From Chrysomallon squamiferum (taxonomy: Eukaryota > Animalia > Mollusca), in NCBI GenBank assembly GCA_012295275.1, contig CM022679.1:27404001-27468000 (forward strand): 64,000 nucleotides of DNA. Reading direction: 5' to 3'. This document shows positions 14,619 through 29,458 of this stretch, piece by piece. The notes under the pieces are model-generated. The model was not told the origin of the DNA, did not search any database, and saw only the letters and a program-made list of their open reading frames with translations. Made by a program: the position numbers and the translations under genes. Numbering within the stretch: position 1 is the stretch's first letter; each line of letters opens with the position of its first letter.

Positions 14619-17600
14619 GACAAAAGACAAAAACACAAAGAACACAAACATCACATAGAGAGATAGCTTTTCTTTTATCACAATTCTTTTTTTTCTTATT
14701 TTTTATATATTTTATCTATTAAAACAGGCCATTTTCAGAGCTGAAGACTGGTTGTGTTTGACCTTTGAGAAATGTTTTCTAGTGTTTTGTGTTCTGAAGG
14801 AGTGGTAATCTAACTAGTTTATGATTATCTAACTGTTGTTTTTACAAGTTACACAGCCACAGGGGGTAGGAGAGTGAGTCTGATCTGAACACATGCAGTA
14901 TATTATCTCACATTCAGAAACTTTGTTTTTAACTGATAATTTTGTGAAAACAGTTAATTAAGAACAGAACACACACACACACACACACAGAGATATGCAT
15001 TTATTTATATTATTATGTAAAGGCACACGTACATTCACATACATACATACAGAAAGGGATTGTAAAGACACATACATACAATTATATATATGTATTTATG
15101 TGTGTATCTGTATCTACACACAGACACAAACACACAGAGACACACACAAACAGACACAAACACTCACATTCACACTCGCTCATATATATACTTTTGTGTC
15201 TTGATTTATTTATTTGTTTATTTACATTGATATTATATATATATTATATCTACCTATGTATCTACCTATGTCTATAATATGTGTGTGTGTGTGTGTGAGT
15301 GTGTATGTATATATGTATATACATATACAGATACGTACATATACATACACAAATGTACACAAATATACAAAACAAAGAAAAAAGAATAAACATGGATGTA
15401 TGTGTATATATATATATATCATACGTCCATGTTAATGACTGCATTTTAAATGCACTGATACATACAAGGACACGTTCATGCTTACTGACACATATACTTG
15501 TTCACACGTCTGGTTAATAATACCCAACACAACAAAGCATGTGTCTGTTGTTTCTCTAAGACAGTCACGAAATTGGGACATTATATCAAGAAAATCTAGG
15601 TCTGTCAGTTTATTCAATATCATCTATGTGTCAAATGAATCATGATATTTTAACCCTGAAGGTGATTTCACAGTTAGAAATTAAATAAACTTAAAACTGT
15701 TTCTAATATTTATTTAGGAATCTTCTTACTGTTAATACTGTATTTTGCTATGTTGTCTTAACATTATGTTTTAGCTATGAATTTTGTTCAGTTATTTTTA
15801 ACAGTGTTAATGTAATTTTGTTGAAGATTTTTTTCTTCCTTTTTGGAAAGGGTATTTGTGAAGTTATTTTTGAAAATTACTTCTTTTTCATGAAGATTTT
15901 TTCTTTCTTATGTAAACAGTCTTTAAACACTGGAATTTTTAAAACAAATGAGATCTTGCTTTTTCTTCTTTTTTTTTTGTGTTCTTAAAGTTATTTTAAA
16001 AATTATTTCTAAAAAGTTATTTACTGAGTCTATTTTTAAAAGATATTTCTGTGAGTCTATTTTTACAAGTAAACCTTTTATTTTTAATTTAATTTCTTTC
16101 ATTTTTTTATTTTATTATTCTTTTTTTTTTAATGTATTTACCTACCAAGGACTAATTTTTTAGAGTTATATATTGAGTACATATCGAATTACTTAATTCA
16201 GGAAATGACAAACAGGTGTGTACTGGTTTCAGTGATCAAAACTTGGTGAGGAAAGTTCCTGGAAACTCAAACATTGGTTTGTACTCATGCAGAACCAGGA
16301 ATGTTTTTTTAGCTTACTGAAATACCACTAGGTTTCGTTATAAGATGATTTATTCACTGTAAACTGTCTTAATGTAATTACTTATTTTTTTCTTTTTCTG
16401 ATGAGTTTTAAAAAACCATGGGCAGGAAATACAGAGTGTGTGTGAATTGGTGTGAAATGTCAAAACTTTCATATTTTGATTTATTTATTATTTGTTTGTT
16501 TATTTATATTGGGATTTCATGTGTGTGGTGTATACATGTACATACACACAAAAAAAGAATATATATATATATATATATATATTATACATACACACATACT
16601 TTTTCATATATACATATTAACACATGCAGTAACATACTGCATACATATAAACAAACATACAATTACATAATTTTGTATATACTTATACTACAACACATAT
16701 TCACAAAATGACATTCACATACACACATATATTATCTCACAAACATCCTCTCACAATTAAACACATATATATTTATACAAACAAACCCATCTATACTTAC
16801 AAATACACATACATGTACATACAGACATACACACAAACATACACACAGACAGGTTGAACATACCACCACATCCACAGGTTTTTTCATCAGTCATTATCTA
16901 TACTAGGTCCAGAAAAAAAACAACTGGCTACAGATATCAAATTAATTTTTTAAATCTCAGTTTTCTAGATAGCATAAACTGAGAACATCCACATACAGAG
17001 AAAATGACCTCAGTGAACTGTGTGTTTTTGTTAAAACATCCTGATCTAAAACTGACACAAAAATCTCAGATTTCACTGCCTAAAGAAAAATATATTTAAC
17101 TGGTTCTAAATATTTAAAAAAAATAATTTTTAAAAGTTTTTGTTTGTATAATTCTTAGATTTAAAGGTTTTTTTAGTTTGTGATGGTGTATATTTTAAAA
17201 AAATTATTATTAATTTTGAATTGTTTTTTAATTTTTTAAAATTATTTATGTATAGGTAATATTTCATTCTTTATCTATCTTCCATATGTATTTTTATATT
17301 TGTAGTATATATACATTTTGAAAAAGTAAAGAAAGAAAAAGAAACCAAAACACTATGACATAACAAACAAACAAACAAAAAAATCTTAATAGCACATAAT
17401 TCTGTCTTTTAGAAATAAACAAAAAGACAGAAACTAACATCTCTACAAATAAATTATTTCAACATATGCAGTATGTATTATTTTGATTATTTCATAAAGC
17501 TTTTAATTATTTTTGTTTCCCCATTCAACCCAATATCAACAAAATCTATGGGATGTGCTGTTCTGTCCTTGAGAAATATTACAGTAATTTAGTTATTATT

Positions 17601-18624
17601 ATTAATTCTTTAATTCATTTTAATTTATTTATTTATTTATTTTCTTTCTTTCATTTTTTTTTTTTTTATTTATTTATTTTCTCTCTTTCTTTATGTCTTT
17701 ATATCTTTCTTTATTTCTTTCTTTCATTCTTTATTATTTTTACTTATTTAGTTTCTTTTTTTCTGTCTCATTATTTCTTTCTTTCCTTAATTCTTTCTTT
17801 CTTTTTTTCTTTCTTTCTTATTTAATTCTTTCTTTCTTATTTTTTCTTTTTTTGTTCATTCTTTCTTTATTCATTCATTCATTCATTCATTCAGAGTGTT
17901 TTAAGAATGATGGCTGCCCGGAACTGGTCAAAAAGACCAAGTACTACAGTGACATCTACAAAGACAAGTGCTACCTGTTTGTTAACACTGAGAAGTTCTG
18001 GGGTCCAGCTGCCCAGTACTGTCTGGACATGGGAGGGACCTGATCTCAATCACCAGTGATGACATTCAGCAGTACGTCATGGACAAACTCTGGTCCAGAG
18101 AGCTGGGCTGGGGAAACAATGGCGTGTGGATTGGCGCAAGGTATTACGAAGACAGAGGCTGGATTTGGACCACTGGTGAGTTTTGTGTTTGTCAGACATA
18201 GTGTTGTTTTATAGGACACTTGAGATGTCTTTTTCCAGAGTACCTGTCCTGTTTTTGTTCCAGTAATTGTCCTCACGGTTAAAAGGCCCTGGTTGATTTT
18301 TTTCCCCTGTTAATGTGAAGGTGTAGGTAACCTGTATGCTTTTCACCATTGGTCCACAGTTAAACGGTTCTGGTTGGTGTTTTGCTGTTAATGGGTAGGT
18401 GCGGGTAATCAGCCTGTTTCTGCTAATTGTAAAATAGAATGGTCCATGAGATGCTTTTTCAGGTTTCATCTCTTATTATCTGTGGGGGTTAACTGTTTGT
18501 TTAAATACTTAAAAACAGATTATAATTGAGTATATATATATATATTGTATTTGTGTTTGTTTGTATGTGTGTGTGTGTGTGTGTGTGCTGATTGATATGT
18601 GTTTTAAGTCAACTGAGTTAAAAT

Positions 18625-18659
<35 letters not shown>

Positions 18660-19877
18660 CTATCTCTTGTGTGTGTGTGTGTGTGTGTGTGTGTTTATTC
18701 CCTTCATCGTAAATCAGCTAAATCAATCTTGTTTGTATTTATGCTTTATTTATTTATTTTCTGTGGTTTCAGGAGAGCAAGTGAAATACAACAACTGGGC
18801 ACCAGGGCAGCCGGGCAAGTTCATGAACTTGATCTCGTTTGAGAACTGTGCTGCGATGAAGCGAGGAGACAACTGGAAGTGGCACGACTTTCACTGCAGC
18901 CTTCTCAAGTTCCACTACAAATTCATTTGTCAGTTCCGTAAGTGTACTTGCGAAATAGCAAAATGTTTTTAAATGAAAAACTGACGTGCTCAGTCTTCAC
19001 TTGTTATCACTAGAGCATGGTCGATAGATACAGAATGTGGTTGACAGGTTAGAAGGTTGTTGAGAGTCTCAGAACATGGTTAATGGACTTATGAGGTGAT
19101 TGGTAAGCTTAGAATATGGTTGACAGAGTTATAATGTAGTAGACAGGCTTAAAACATAGTTGGTATGCTTAAAACATGGTTGACAGGCTTAGAACATGGT
19201 AGATAGTTTAAAACATGATTTGCTAAGCTGATAACATGGTTGGGCAATGCCTGGTAGGCTGAGAATGTGGTTGATAAGTTTAAGATGTGTTTTTTAGAAG
19301 TAGAACATGGTGGACAGGCTTACATGTACACAAAGGTTTCAGAGTGGAGTTGATAAATTAGAAATAGAGATGAAATATTTGGAACTGAAATCTAGAATAG
19401 TTGATATTGTTAAAGTAATGATGATGAGATTAATGATTCACTGATGATTCAAGTAAATGCTTCATAACAGGTTACCAAACACTGATATATTATTTATTAT
19501 TATTTATTATTATTATTTATTGTTATTTTTTTGTTTATTGAAGTGGATTGAAATTCAGTTGTTTATTTATTTATTTATTTATTTATTTGTTTTTGTATTT
19601 CAGCCATTGCTCAGAGTATGTCACAAGGAGGCATAGACAATGGAAATAGTAAGAATATATATTTTTAAATAATATTTAATATTCTTAATCATAATTTTAA
19701 ACTTCAGTAAATAAATTATTAATTCAGTTTCTCAAACACACACACACACATTCACTCACATAGCAAACTCAATCACAAATGTTGGTACACACACAAAATA
19801 ACATAAACTGAATTAAAAAGTAATACTTATAAAATACAGCTCACAAAAGACTTGAACAAAATAAACAATCTATTCAA

Positions 19878-19919
<42 letters not shown>

Positions 19920-22197
19920 TATGTTCTTAATGTTATTCATACTATTTCATTTTATATACAGTACAACAATTAATTACAAACATTATTTTTGTTACTTCTG
20001 TCTTTCAGCTCTGATCCTTGTAGTGGTTATCTCCCTTGCTGTATTGATGATACTTGTGATGCTGATTATATTTGTTGTTTATCGAAGGTACAAACTTTTA
20101 TATTGGTGTATCAGTATTTCCACTTTTATATTAACTTTTTAACATAGTTACCTTAGAGATTCAGTTTTTTATGAACGTCTGTGTTCCTGAACATTTTTAA
20201 TTTTTGTGATATTTTTTTAACAATATCCCAGTTTTGTAAAGGATAACAGTATTTCTTTAAAAAAAAAAAAAAAAAAAAAAATAATAATAATAAAAGAAAC
20301 AAAATGTAGAAAAGAATAAGTGAAAGGTAAAACAAAAATTGAATAGTCTTATACTGGTTGTTCATTGCTACAAGTTGTGTATTTATTTTGGTCAGTTAAT
20401 GTATTTAAAATTTAATTATGTTTGAATTTCTTTTTTTTTTTAAAGAAAAGTAAATAATAGTTCTGCTATTTTAACAATATAAAACAGAAATTTTATGTTT
20501 TCTCCAGGCAATATTATAGTATTACATTATTAAAGTATTTAAATATTACAGTATTACAGTTATTAATATTAATATTATTACAGTTTTACAATATTTAAAT
20601 AATACTTATTCCAGAATTACTATATTACAATGTTATAATATTACAGTATTACAATATTTCAATGTTACAGAATTTAAATATTATAGCATTTCAGTACTGA
20701 ATTAATGTACAATGTTACAGTATTATAATATCGCAATATTACAGTATGTAAATATTACAATATTAGTATTTAAATATTTATATATTACAGTATTTAAATA
20801 TTACATGATTACAGTATTTAAATATTACATGATTACAGTATTTAAATATTACACTATTACAGTATGTAAATATTACACTATTACAGTATGTAAATATTAC
20901 AATATTAGTATTTAAATATTTATATATTACAGTATTTAAATATTACATGATTACAGTATTTAAATATTACATGATTACAGTATTTAAATATTACACTATT
21001 ACAGTATGTAAATATTACACTATTACAGTATTTAAATATTACATGATTACAGTATTTAAATATTACATGATTACAGTATTTAAATATTACACTATTACAG
21101 TATGTAAATATTACAATATTACAGTATTTAAATATTACAATATTACAGTATGTAAATATTACACTATTACAGTATGTAAATATTACATGATTACAGTATT
21201 TAAATATTACAATATTACAGTATGTAAATATTACACTATTACAGTATGTAAATATTACACTATTACAGTATTTAAATATTACACTATTGCAGTATGTAAA
21301 TATTACACTATTACAGTATGTAAATATTACACTATTACAGTATTTAAATATTACATGATTGCAGTATTTAAATATTACACTATTACAGTATGTAAATATT
21401 ACACTATTACAGTATGTAAATATTACACTATTACAGTATTTAAATATTACATGATTACAGCATTTAAATATTACACTATTACAGTATGTAAATATTACAC
21501 TATTACAGTATTTAAATATTACATGATTACAGCATTTAAATATTACACTATTACAGTATGTAAATATTACACTATTACAGTATTTAAATATTACATGATT
21601 ACAGCATTTAAATATTACACTATTACAGTATTTAAATATTACTGTTGTTACAGACAGCAGGTAAAACACACGAGAGAGTTACCTGCAGTGAGGTTTGACA
21701 ACCTCAGCTACGCACAGCTACACGCCGGTCAGCAGAACATCGACAACGCCAACCGCTCCCGTCCCAGCAGCAACATCTACCTAACACCGAGCGAGGTGAA
21801 CTCTCCGTACAGCGAGGCCACACCAGTGCATGATGGGAACTGTGCGTACAGCAAAAACGGCCACGTTCGCAGCGACCCTCTCCCACCTTTGCCAACAGAA
21901 CGGTCAGATGCATCGTTGTCGGTGGGGGGTGAGGAGCAGGGGGCTTGCGGGGGGAGACGTCCCTCCCCATCGGCCTCCGATCCGTTGATAGTGTCGGAAT
22001 CGAAACCAAACAAAACCAAAGAGAACCGAATGAGTAACGAGTACGTGGACATGAAGTCGGTTGTAGACGTAAAAGCAGGTGGAGTGGATTTGACGGGTGT
22101 GAAGGAAGTGGATCCAAAGAAGGCTGTGGATCCAGTTTACTGTAACATTGTCAATGGTGAGAATAAAGTGGAGAGTCCGTACGAAATTCTGCCATGA
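8474..22197 (+). CDS. Type I transmembrane C-type lectin domain receptor, about 391 aa; exons 8474-8534, 17895-18175, 18773-18937, 19604-19648, 20009-20087, 21654-22197
   Basis: Signal peptide MIRFVVLRRYIIYWVFLVTA. CTLD motifs: KCYLF, AAQYC..MGG.LISI, GVWIG, YNNWAPGQP, ENCA, WHDFHC, FICQ. TM segment LILVVVISLAVLMILVMLIIFVVY followed by RR, then a tail of about 180 aa. All introns are GT-AG with compatible phases once one missing base at about 18037 (gggagggacctg) is restored. Confidence 0.9.
9170..9475. repeat. (CTT/CTA/CAT)n compound microsatellite
   Basis: Visible directly; produces spurious poly-L/F/S ORFs. Confidence 0.9.
10495..10590 (-). mobile_element. Degenerate SINE-like remnant
   Basis: aacactggttagaataggggaaaaaggcccat...gtattgatcct resembles, from memory, the reverse of a tRNA-derived SINE head seen in gastropods; not verified by search. 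Confidence 0.3.
11166..11476. repeat. Local direct plus inverted duplication of a ~70-bp unit
   Basis: ttcttaaaaatcagtgttatataacaataacaatatatacacac...aaaacacatgat at about 11166 and 11284, with an inverted copy at 11411-11476. Confidence 0.8.
13880..14045. repeat. Three ~50-bp T-rich tandem units with core tttttaatttttaaatattttaaaa
   Basis: Visible directly in the sequence. Confidence 0.7.
19010..19325. repeat. Degenerate ~21-bp minisatellite (ttagaacatggttgacaggc) in lectin intron 3
   Basis: About 14 diverged units are visible. Confidence 0.75.
20783..21642. repeat. 24-bp minisatellite (ttacagtat[t/g]taaatattaca[tga/cta/ata]), about 35 copies, ending at the 3' splice site of lectin intron 5; degenerate flank from about 20510
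   Basis: Visible directly; accounts for the repetitive ORFs 20947+ and 20920-. Confidence 0.95.
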
Positions 22198-23206
22198 ACG
22201 TTTTTTTAAGCAAAAAAAAATCAAAATCAAAACTCTCAGTGAGAGAAAAAACAAACAAAAACTGACATCTCTTTTATAAATGCTGTTTCTATGATTTTTT
22301 TTGTAGAAATGTTTTATCCTCAGCATATCACATGAAAAAAAACAAAAAACAGTTTCATAAATGATGCAGATTGTGTGTGGAAATGTAATCTGTACCACGA
22401 ACATGATGCAATGGCAGTCATGGAGATGTGAGAAAAGGATCAATTTGTTTGCTTTATCTGTGCTTCGAGGTTGTAAACCAAACCCAAATCTACACAAAAG
22501 AAAAGAAAAGAAAACCCCAAAGAAACAATTCAAAAAGCTCCCCAAAGAACCCAACATAAAAACACACCCAGTAAAGCAACAGATTAATGAATACATTAAT
22601 AAACAGTTAAGAGTCTGCTTTCATAAGCATCCTGGCAGTTCGAAAATGATTTTTGATTTTCAGATAAAAAAATCAGAACTGCATATGAGGATAAATACAA
22701 TGGTAAAATGTTCATAAATGAGTTGTATCCATTAATGTCTTCTTGTAACCAGAAGTCAAAAAACCTCGAATCTACAGGATAAAAATATATCTGCAGTATT
22801 AACAAAGTTTTAATACATAATTGTATGTCTGCAGGCATTAGGAAATGGCAGTTTATTTACTTAGACTGGAAACCAAACTATATCTTCAGAAATTGTATTA
22901 ATGTTTTTTTTTGTTTTGTTTTTTAGCAAAATGTCCACCTCTTAGTCTCTGTATGTATGGAAATAGGAAACTATATACAGAGTATTAAAAATTTTTTTTT
23001 TTTTTAAAATAAATTGCAACTAAAAGTATTATTCAACAGCATGAATACAAAGTGGAGATTGGAAATTATATTTCCAGTCACAGTTTATTTACTGGTTTGG
23101 TAAAAGAATAAAAATACAGGATTTTTAACAAGAATTTTGCAGAAAACATTGACTTTATTATTTATATAAAGGAAGACTGGAAATTTATTAAGTTAATGAT
23201 AATTGA

Positions 23207-23244
<38 letters not shown>

Positions 23245-24353
23245 AAAAAAAAAAAAAAAATTATGAAAAAAAAATACACTTCAATATATTAAATCAGGAA
23301 TGATGAACATACTAATAAGCTTTAAAGATAATCAGAAGAATACTATTTTAAATAACGCATATCCAGTGTGTAGTAAAGATCATTGTAATAGGAAACATTT
23401 TGTGAATAACTGTGTTTACTGATGTACAAATTTAGCTCTGTATCTTTATTAGTAAACTCCAGCACAATTCTGCAGAACATAATATCAGTATGTTTTCATC
23501 ATAGTTCATTTGAACTTTTTAACAAATTTTAATATTTTTTAATAACTTTTTTATAATTTTGCATTTACAGTTATGTAAAGAGAAAGCAATTTGGATTTTG
23601 TTTTGTCGTGTTTTTGTCTGTGTGTGTGTGTGTGTGTGTACGTGTTTGTGTGTTTCTGGGTGCATTTGGTTGTGTGTGTGTGTATCTGTATTTGTGTATT
23701 TTATAGGTGATGTTTAATTAGAATGGATTGGAAGAATGCAGAAAGGTTGATGAACTGTGTTGAGTAATACTGTGTTTCTCTTGGTGATGTACCTTTACAA
23801 CTTTCTGTACATACTGATCATAGAAACTTTATCTCCAGCAACGATTCATAAATAACATTTCTTGCCTGTAGAATGTTTGATGCTACTTTGTTCCAGTGAA
23901 AATACACAATGAATGGACAAGGCAGGCATTAATTTTGAAATGGTACATTTATGTGCACCCTGTTGATAGACTCTTTATCTCCAGGATTGAAAATGACAGA
24001 AAACACATAACATCAACAGATCTTGCTTATACAAGATTATCAGCTGCAGAATGTTCCACATCACTTTGTTCCAGTCAAAATGAATGATATCAGTTGGATG
24101 GATGGATGGATGAGGCAAGCACTAATTCTGATGGGAAATTCAGAAAGTTGTGACTAGTGATTTATATTATTATATTACGAAATAATTTTCTATAAACGTA
24201 TATATTGTGAAGACGCCCAGGGAATGGATTTTTAATTTAATGTGTTTACTGACAGTGTTGATATCAGATGGTGATGATAATGGAGGGCTTTTTGAAAACT
24301 GTTTGTATTTTTATATTTTGATAACTTGATGGTTTTTATTCTGAAATGTTTTA

Positions 24354-24388
<35 letters not shown>

Positions 24389-25754
24389 TATTTTATTATT
24401 TTTTGAAATATATACAATGGCGTTATTGAAGCAACAGGACTTTGCAGTCATAAATGGCAAGAAGAAACGGATTGTTATTTTATTTTATTTTATTTTTATT
24501 TTATTTTATTTTTATTTATTTTTTGTAAGGGTTCTTTTTTTTTTATGAATATCAATAAATATAAATAAATTAACAAAGAAATAAAAATAAAAATAAAAAT
24601 AAAAAATAAAAATAAAAATAAAAATAAAAATAAAAATTAAAAAAAATTAAAATTAAAAAAAATAAAAATAAAAATAATAAAACAAATTAAATTAAATTAA
24701 ATTAAATTTTAAAACAAAGAGTATTTGATAAGCCAATGTAAGAAAAACATTCCAGTGATTTATTATAGAATATTTTAACTGATTTGAAATTTGTTTCTAT
24801 CCACAAAGCATAAATAAATAATGTTAAAATATGGATGTTAAGTAAATACAAATATCTTACACTGATAATCAGTACAGCTTTTTAATTTCTTTAGTTTGTG
24901 AATTCATTTTTTTTTTGCTTTCATTTATTTACTTAATTAATTGCAAATTAATTTGCTTAACAATATTATTATTATTTTTAATCTTTATTTTGTGTGTTAG
25001 ATTTTATGATTCAAATATTGCACTGAATATATATATATATATATTCTTCTGTTTTTTATTTCATTTATGTATTCCTAAATCTTATTGTGTTATCAAGACA
25101 TGACATGAACAGTGATCTGAAACGTTTTAACTTGTCCTGGCTCAAGAAAATACCAGTATCAAAATAATTTTTGTTATTTTAATTTTTTTTTTAAATGTTG
25201 TGTATGATGAAAAATGATTTACTGTTAAAAATAGGCTATGTTAGGTCTGTTCATGCAGGTAGGGTGATGAGCTGAAGAAGTTACAAATGCTAGATTCTTT
25301 TTTTTTTCATACATCTCTTATAATATGTATATCATTTTTTCCATTCTCTTAAATTTATTTTTACTGTTAATTATTTTATGAAAACTGACAGTTATAATGG
25401 AGGCTGGTTCATTTTCATATAATTATTACTTAGTTAAACTTTAATGATTTTACTGTGGGTTTTTTTTTTTGTGTTTTTTTTTTATATAATGGCCAACCTT
25501 CTTCAACCCACTCCCATATTTATGCAAGATAGTTCTATTTTCATTAGGATTAAATTACCAATATTATTCATTTTTTGTTTTAATCTTTCAATTTACAGAA
25601 TCAAAATTTACAAAAATAGGGCATTATTTTATATGTTCAGGTTTTCATAATTTGAAGATAATGTTTTTAAAGAGAAAAACTAGTCTTAATTAAAAACAGA
25701 ACAGAGCAATATGATTTTTGTAATGTCAAACATTATTAGTAGTATTACTATTAC

Positions 25755-25785
<31 letters not shown>

Positions 25786-26840
25786 GTTACATTTATTTAT
25801 TTATTTTACACAGTCATAGTCTTTTTAAATAATAATAACTTTTTTTTTAATTAAAAGCAGCAACTTTCCTGTTCTGTATATTACTATAAATGTCTTTTTT
25901 TCTAGATATCACGATGATACTAGATTTCTGGATTTCTGGAGATTTTAAATTAGAGAACAGCGAAAGATGTGATCCCCCTGTATATTAAAACAGTTCTTCT
26001 TTAATGTAGAATCAGATATAATATTATTTAATATGGCTTTAATATGGTTCTATTCTTAATTAAGTATTCAAACATTAACGTTTTTCAAAAAATAAAATCA
26101 GGTTATGTAATTATTCACAGAAACTGATTAAGCCTGAATTTTCAAAAAATACACAATTTGGTTTAAAATAAATTTAAATTTTCAACTTGTAGTGGACTAG
26201 GATCCTATTTTATAAACTGTAAAACAAAATTATTATCATAACTTGCAGCTATCTTGTTATTTATATGTTTAATTGCTTTATTTTTTTAAATTTTATTATA
26301 ACTTTAAATTAGCTAAAAAAACAAAAACAAAAAAAACAAATGAGGTCATGAAACAAATACTTAATTTGGCTTTGCCTTATGATTACTGATAGTTGGAAAT
26401 TATTAAACATTTTTTTTTTTTTTTTTTTTTTGTTGTTGATCATAAAGGGTACCAAGTATTACATTTGAGAACTGTATATTTTGAACATTACTTTTGTGTT
26501 TCAAGAAATGAAGAAATAAAAAGATTTATAAAATTGTTTATTTGTGTTGTGTTTCTAAGATTACAAATAAACTTTATCATATAAAATACTTATATACAGA
26601 CCATTTACATAACGAAAAAAAATTGTGGTTCAATTTTTTATTTTTTCAATTTTAATTTGCTTTAGAAAAGATAACTAAAAATAGTTTTAATAAATAATAA
26701 GGAAAATGATGAAAATAGGGGTAGTAGTTGTAGTTATAATAAAAATGATGATGATAAAAATAATAAAAATACAGTTATGTTACACAGCTGTACTATAATG
26801 TTAAGAATTTTAGAACTTACAATAATATAATTATTAATTT

Positions 26841-26879
<39 letters not shown>

Positions 26880-27156
26880 CTACATAATTATTCTGGCAAA
26901 TGTTCAAAATAAACTTGACATTCCAACACTGAAAGTATAACAATGGTGTCATGGTAGGTTTCTGTGGTACACCAGAAAAGATTCCCAAAACGTATCAATG
27001 AACAATAATAACAAAATTGTATGAAAAATAATTGCTATAAATAATTAAAAAAAAAATAAAAAATAAAAAATAATGGTAATAATAATAACTGGTAACATAA
27101 ATTGCTAGTGTTGGAGAAATGTAAACCTTGTAAGATTTTGTAAACGTCGTAAAAGT

Positions 27157-27889
27157 TTAGTTTCTGCCCACTATGGCTTGTAGTATTTTCTTGTAGTTGC
27201 CGCTGCAGTCATTTTCAATGTAGTTCCACAGAGTCTGATTGGTGAGTTCAAGAAAACACTTCTTTATCTGCACCATGTCAATCTTAAACAAAAAAATAAG
27301 AAAAGAAAAAAAAGGAATTTACACATTTATCTTTAATCACACCTCATTATAATTTAATATTAATCAATACTGGACGTTATGTTCTGTTTATGAGAATATT
27401 TAAAAAAACAAATTTATAAAGCATGCTGGGATACTGACCTCTGACCGTGACACGACCAATCGTATCAGAGAAGTGTCATCTGTTCCGAGTCCCTTCATTG
27501 CTTTCCTCAGTTGCTGAGCAAAATACATCGGTCGACATCTGATGTTCATTACTGCAATGAAATAATCACAATATCAAACCTATTTATAGATTTAACAAAC
27601 AAACACATTTAAAGTTAACTTTTGTTAGTCAGTATTTTTGGCATAATGTTTGTGTGAGAGAGAAAACAAATCTACTGTTGTCTGGTTATGAGATACTCAG
27701 TAATTAGCAAGAAGTAAACTGTTATGCACCTTCCCACAGAATGCAGTGCACGTATCCTATCTCTGAGGTGTAACATTTGAATCAAACATTCTACCTGTTA
27801 ATTGATTGTTTTATTTATATAATATGTAAAATGTAACAGAGTAAAATCTTAATTACAGTTGGTATGTAAGTATTATTTATGAAGACTCC

Positions 27890-27930
<41 letters not shown>

Positions 27931-28352
27931 AAACATTCAAATAATCTATCTTTTGAAAATAATTTTTTTCTTTTCCAAAAATCAAAAATAATAACTCAAA
28001 ACTAGGTAGGTTCACTTTCAATGATGCATTTTAGCTATTATGATTTATACATTGAAAAAAGAAATTTACCAATGGCTCTGAGTCCAGCCTTGAAGTCACC
28101 TGAAGTTTCTCTGTCAACAGAATTGAGAATATCTCTCTGTGTGATCTGTGAGAAAGATTGTGTGATTATTAATGAGAAAACAACAGCAGCAGCAACAACA
28201 ACAAACTAAATAATAATAATAATAATAATAAATAATAATAACATACAACAATAACAATAATGATTAATATGATGATGATAATGGTGATGAAATAATACAA
28301 ATTACAATAATAACAACAAATAACAACAACAACAACAACAACAACAATAATA

Positions 28353-28399
<47 letters not shown>

Positions 28400-28977
28400 C
28401 AACAACAAAGAGAACAATAATAATATTAATAATATAATAATAATAAAATAATGACAACAACAACAAACAAACTTTGACGTATTCCTCCCAGATTGCTCTC
28501 AGCTGGTAGTAATGTCTTGTTGAGAAAATTAAATTAAATTCCTCCTCGTCGGTGCCCCAGCGTTTCTCCCCAGCCTCGTACAGACGTACAGCGTCACGCC
28601 TGGCTGCTTCAAGGTCACACAGTTTGCTGTAGTTCACCTGGAACATACCTGTCCCCACTCCCTCGTCAGTGACAACCTCTTCAACCGCAGCCTCTAGCTG
28701 CTGTCTGGTTATTTCATATCGGTTCCCCTACAGAAGATTAAGTTTCATGTTTAGTCAGTCTGTTCAAAAGTAAAATCAAACTTTATTAAAAATAAAATGT
28801 TTTTTTTTTCTATAACACTGATTCATTTTTTTTTATGAACATTTTCGAAATTCGGACTTATTAATTTATCACTTTATAATGTTTTAATTTGAATGATGTT
28901 ACATGAAGGACAGGAAAATTGATAAGAATTTCTTCGGTAATTTGCATCTGTTAAAACAAAGGTTTTAAAAAAGGATC

Positions 28978-29032
<55 letters not shown>

Positions 29033-29034
29033 AA

Positions 29035-29083
<49 letters not shown>

Positions 29084-29398
29084 TTATCAAAAACAAAAGA
29101 GAGAAGATAATAAAGTAAAAATGTATAAACGATATGAAGAAAAAAAAAAAGAAGGAAATAATAAAAATGAAAAACAAATGACTGAAATGATTAAAACTGA
29201 TGTTGTAGTTTCACCTGTGAAGCAGAGATGAGCAGTCTTTTAAAATCTCCACTGCAGTCACCTGCTATGTCATCTTCAAGCTTTGAACCAGAGACCTTCC
29301 GATGTGGACTGACAACTGTAATTAAAAATACAAAACTTTCCAAATAACACATGTTTCATGTTAAAGTATAAAAATCTAAATAATAAATAATAATAATG

Positions 29399-29458
<60 letters not shown>

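Noticed and set aside
18030-18045. Programmed frameshift or stop readthrough in lectin exon 2
   Set aside because: No slippery heptamer or stimulatory structure; a homopolymer indel error is simpler.
20783-21642. CRISPR-like regular array
   Set aside because: Units are contiguous with no unique spacers; the context is a eukaryotic intron with no cas genes.
20920-21669. Long repetitive ORFs on both strands (MITVFKYY/VIFKYCNS repeats), the + one in frame with lectin exon 6
   Set aside because: A 24-bp unit without a stop gives open frames automatically, and a proper acceptor at 21653 explains the coding part.
21704-22596. Antisense ORFs over lectin exon 6
   Set aside because: Shadow frames of a GC-richer coding exon with no recognisable domain.
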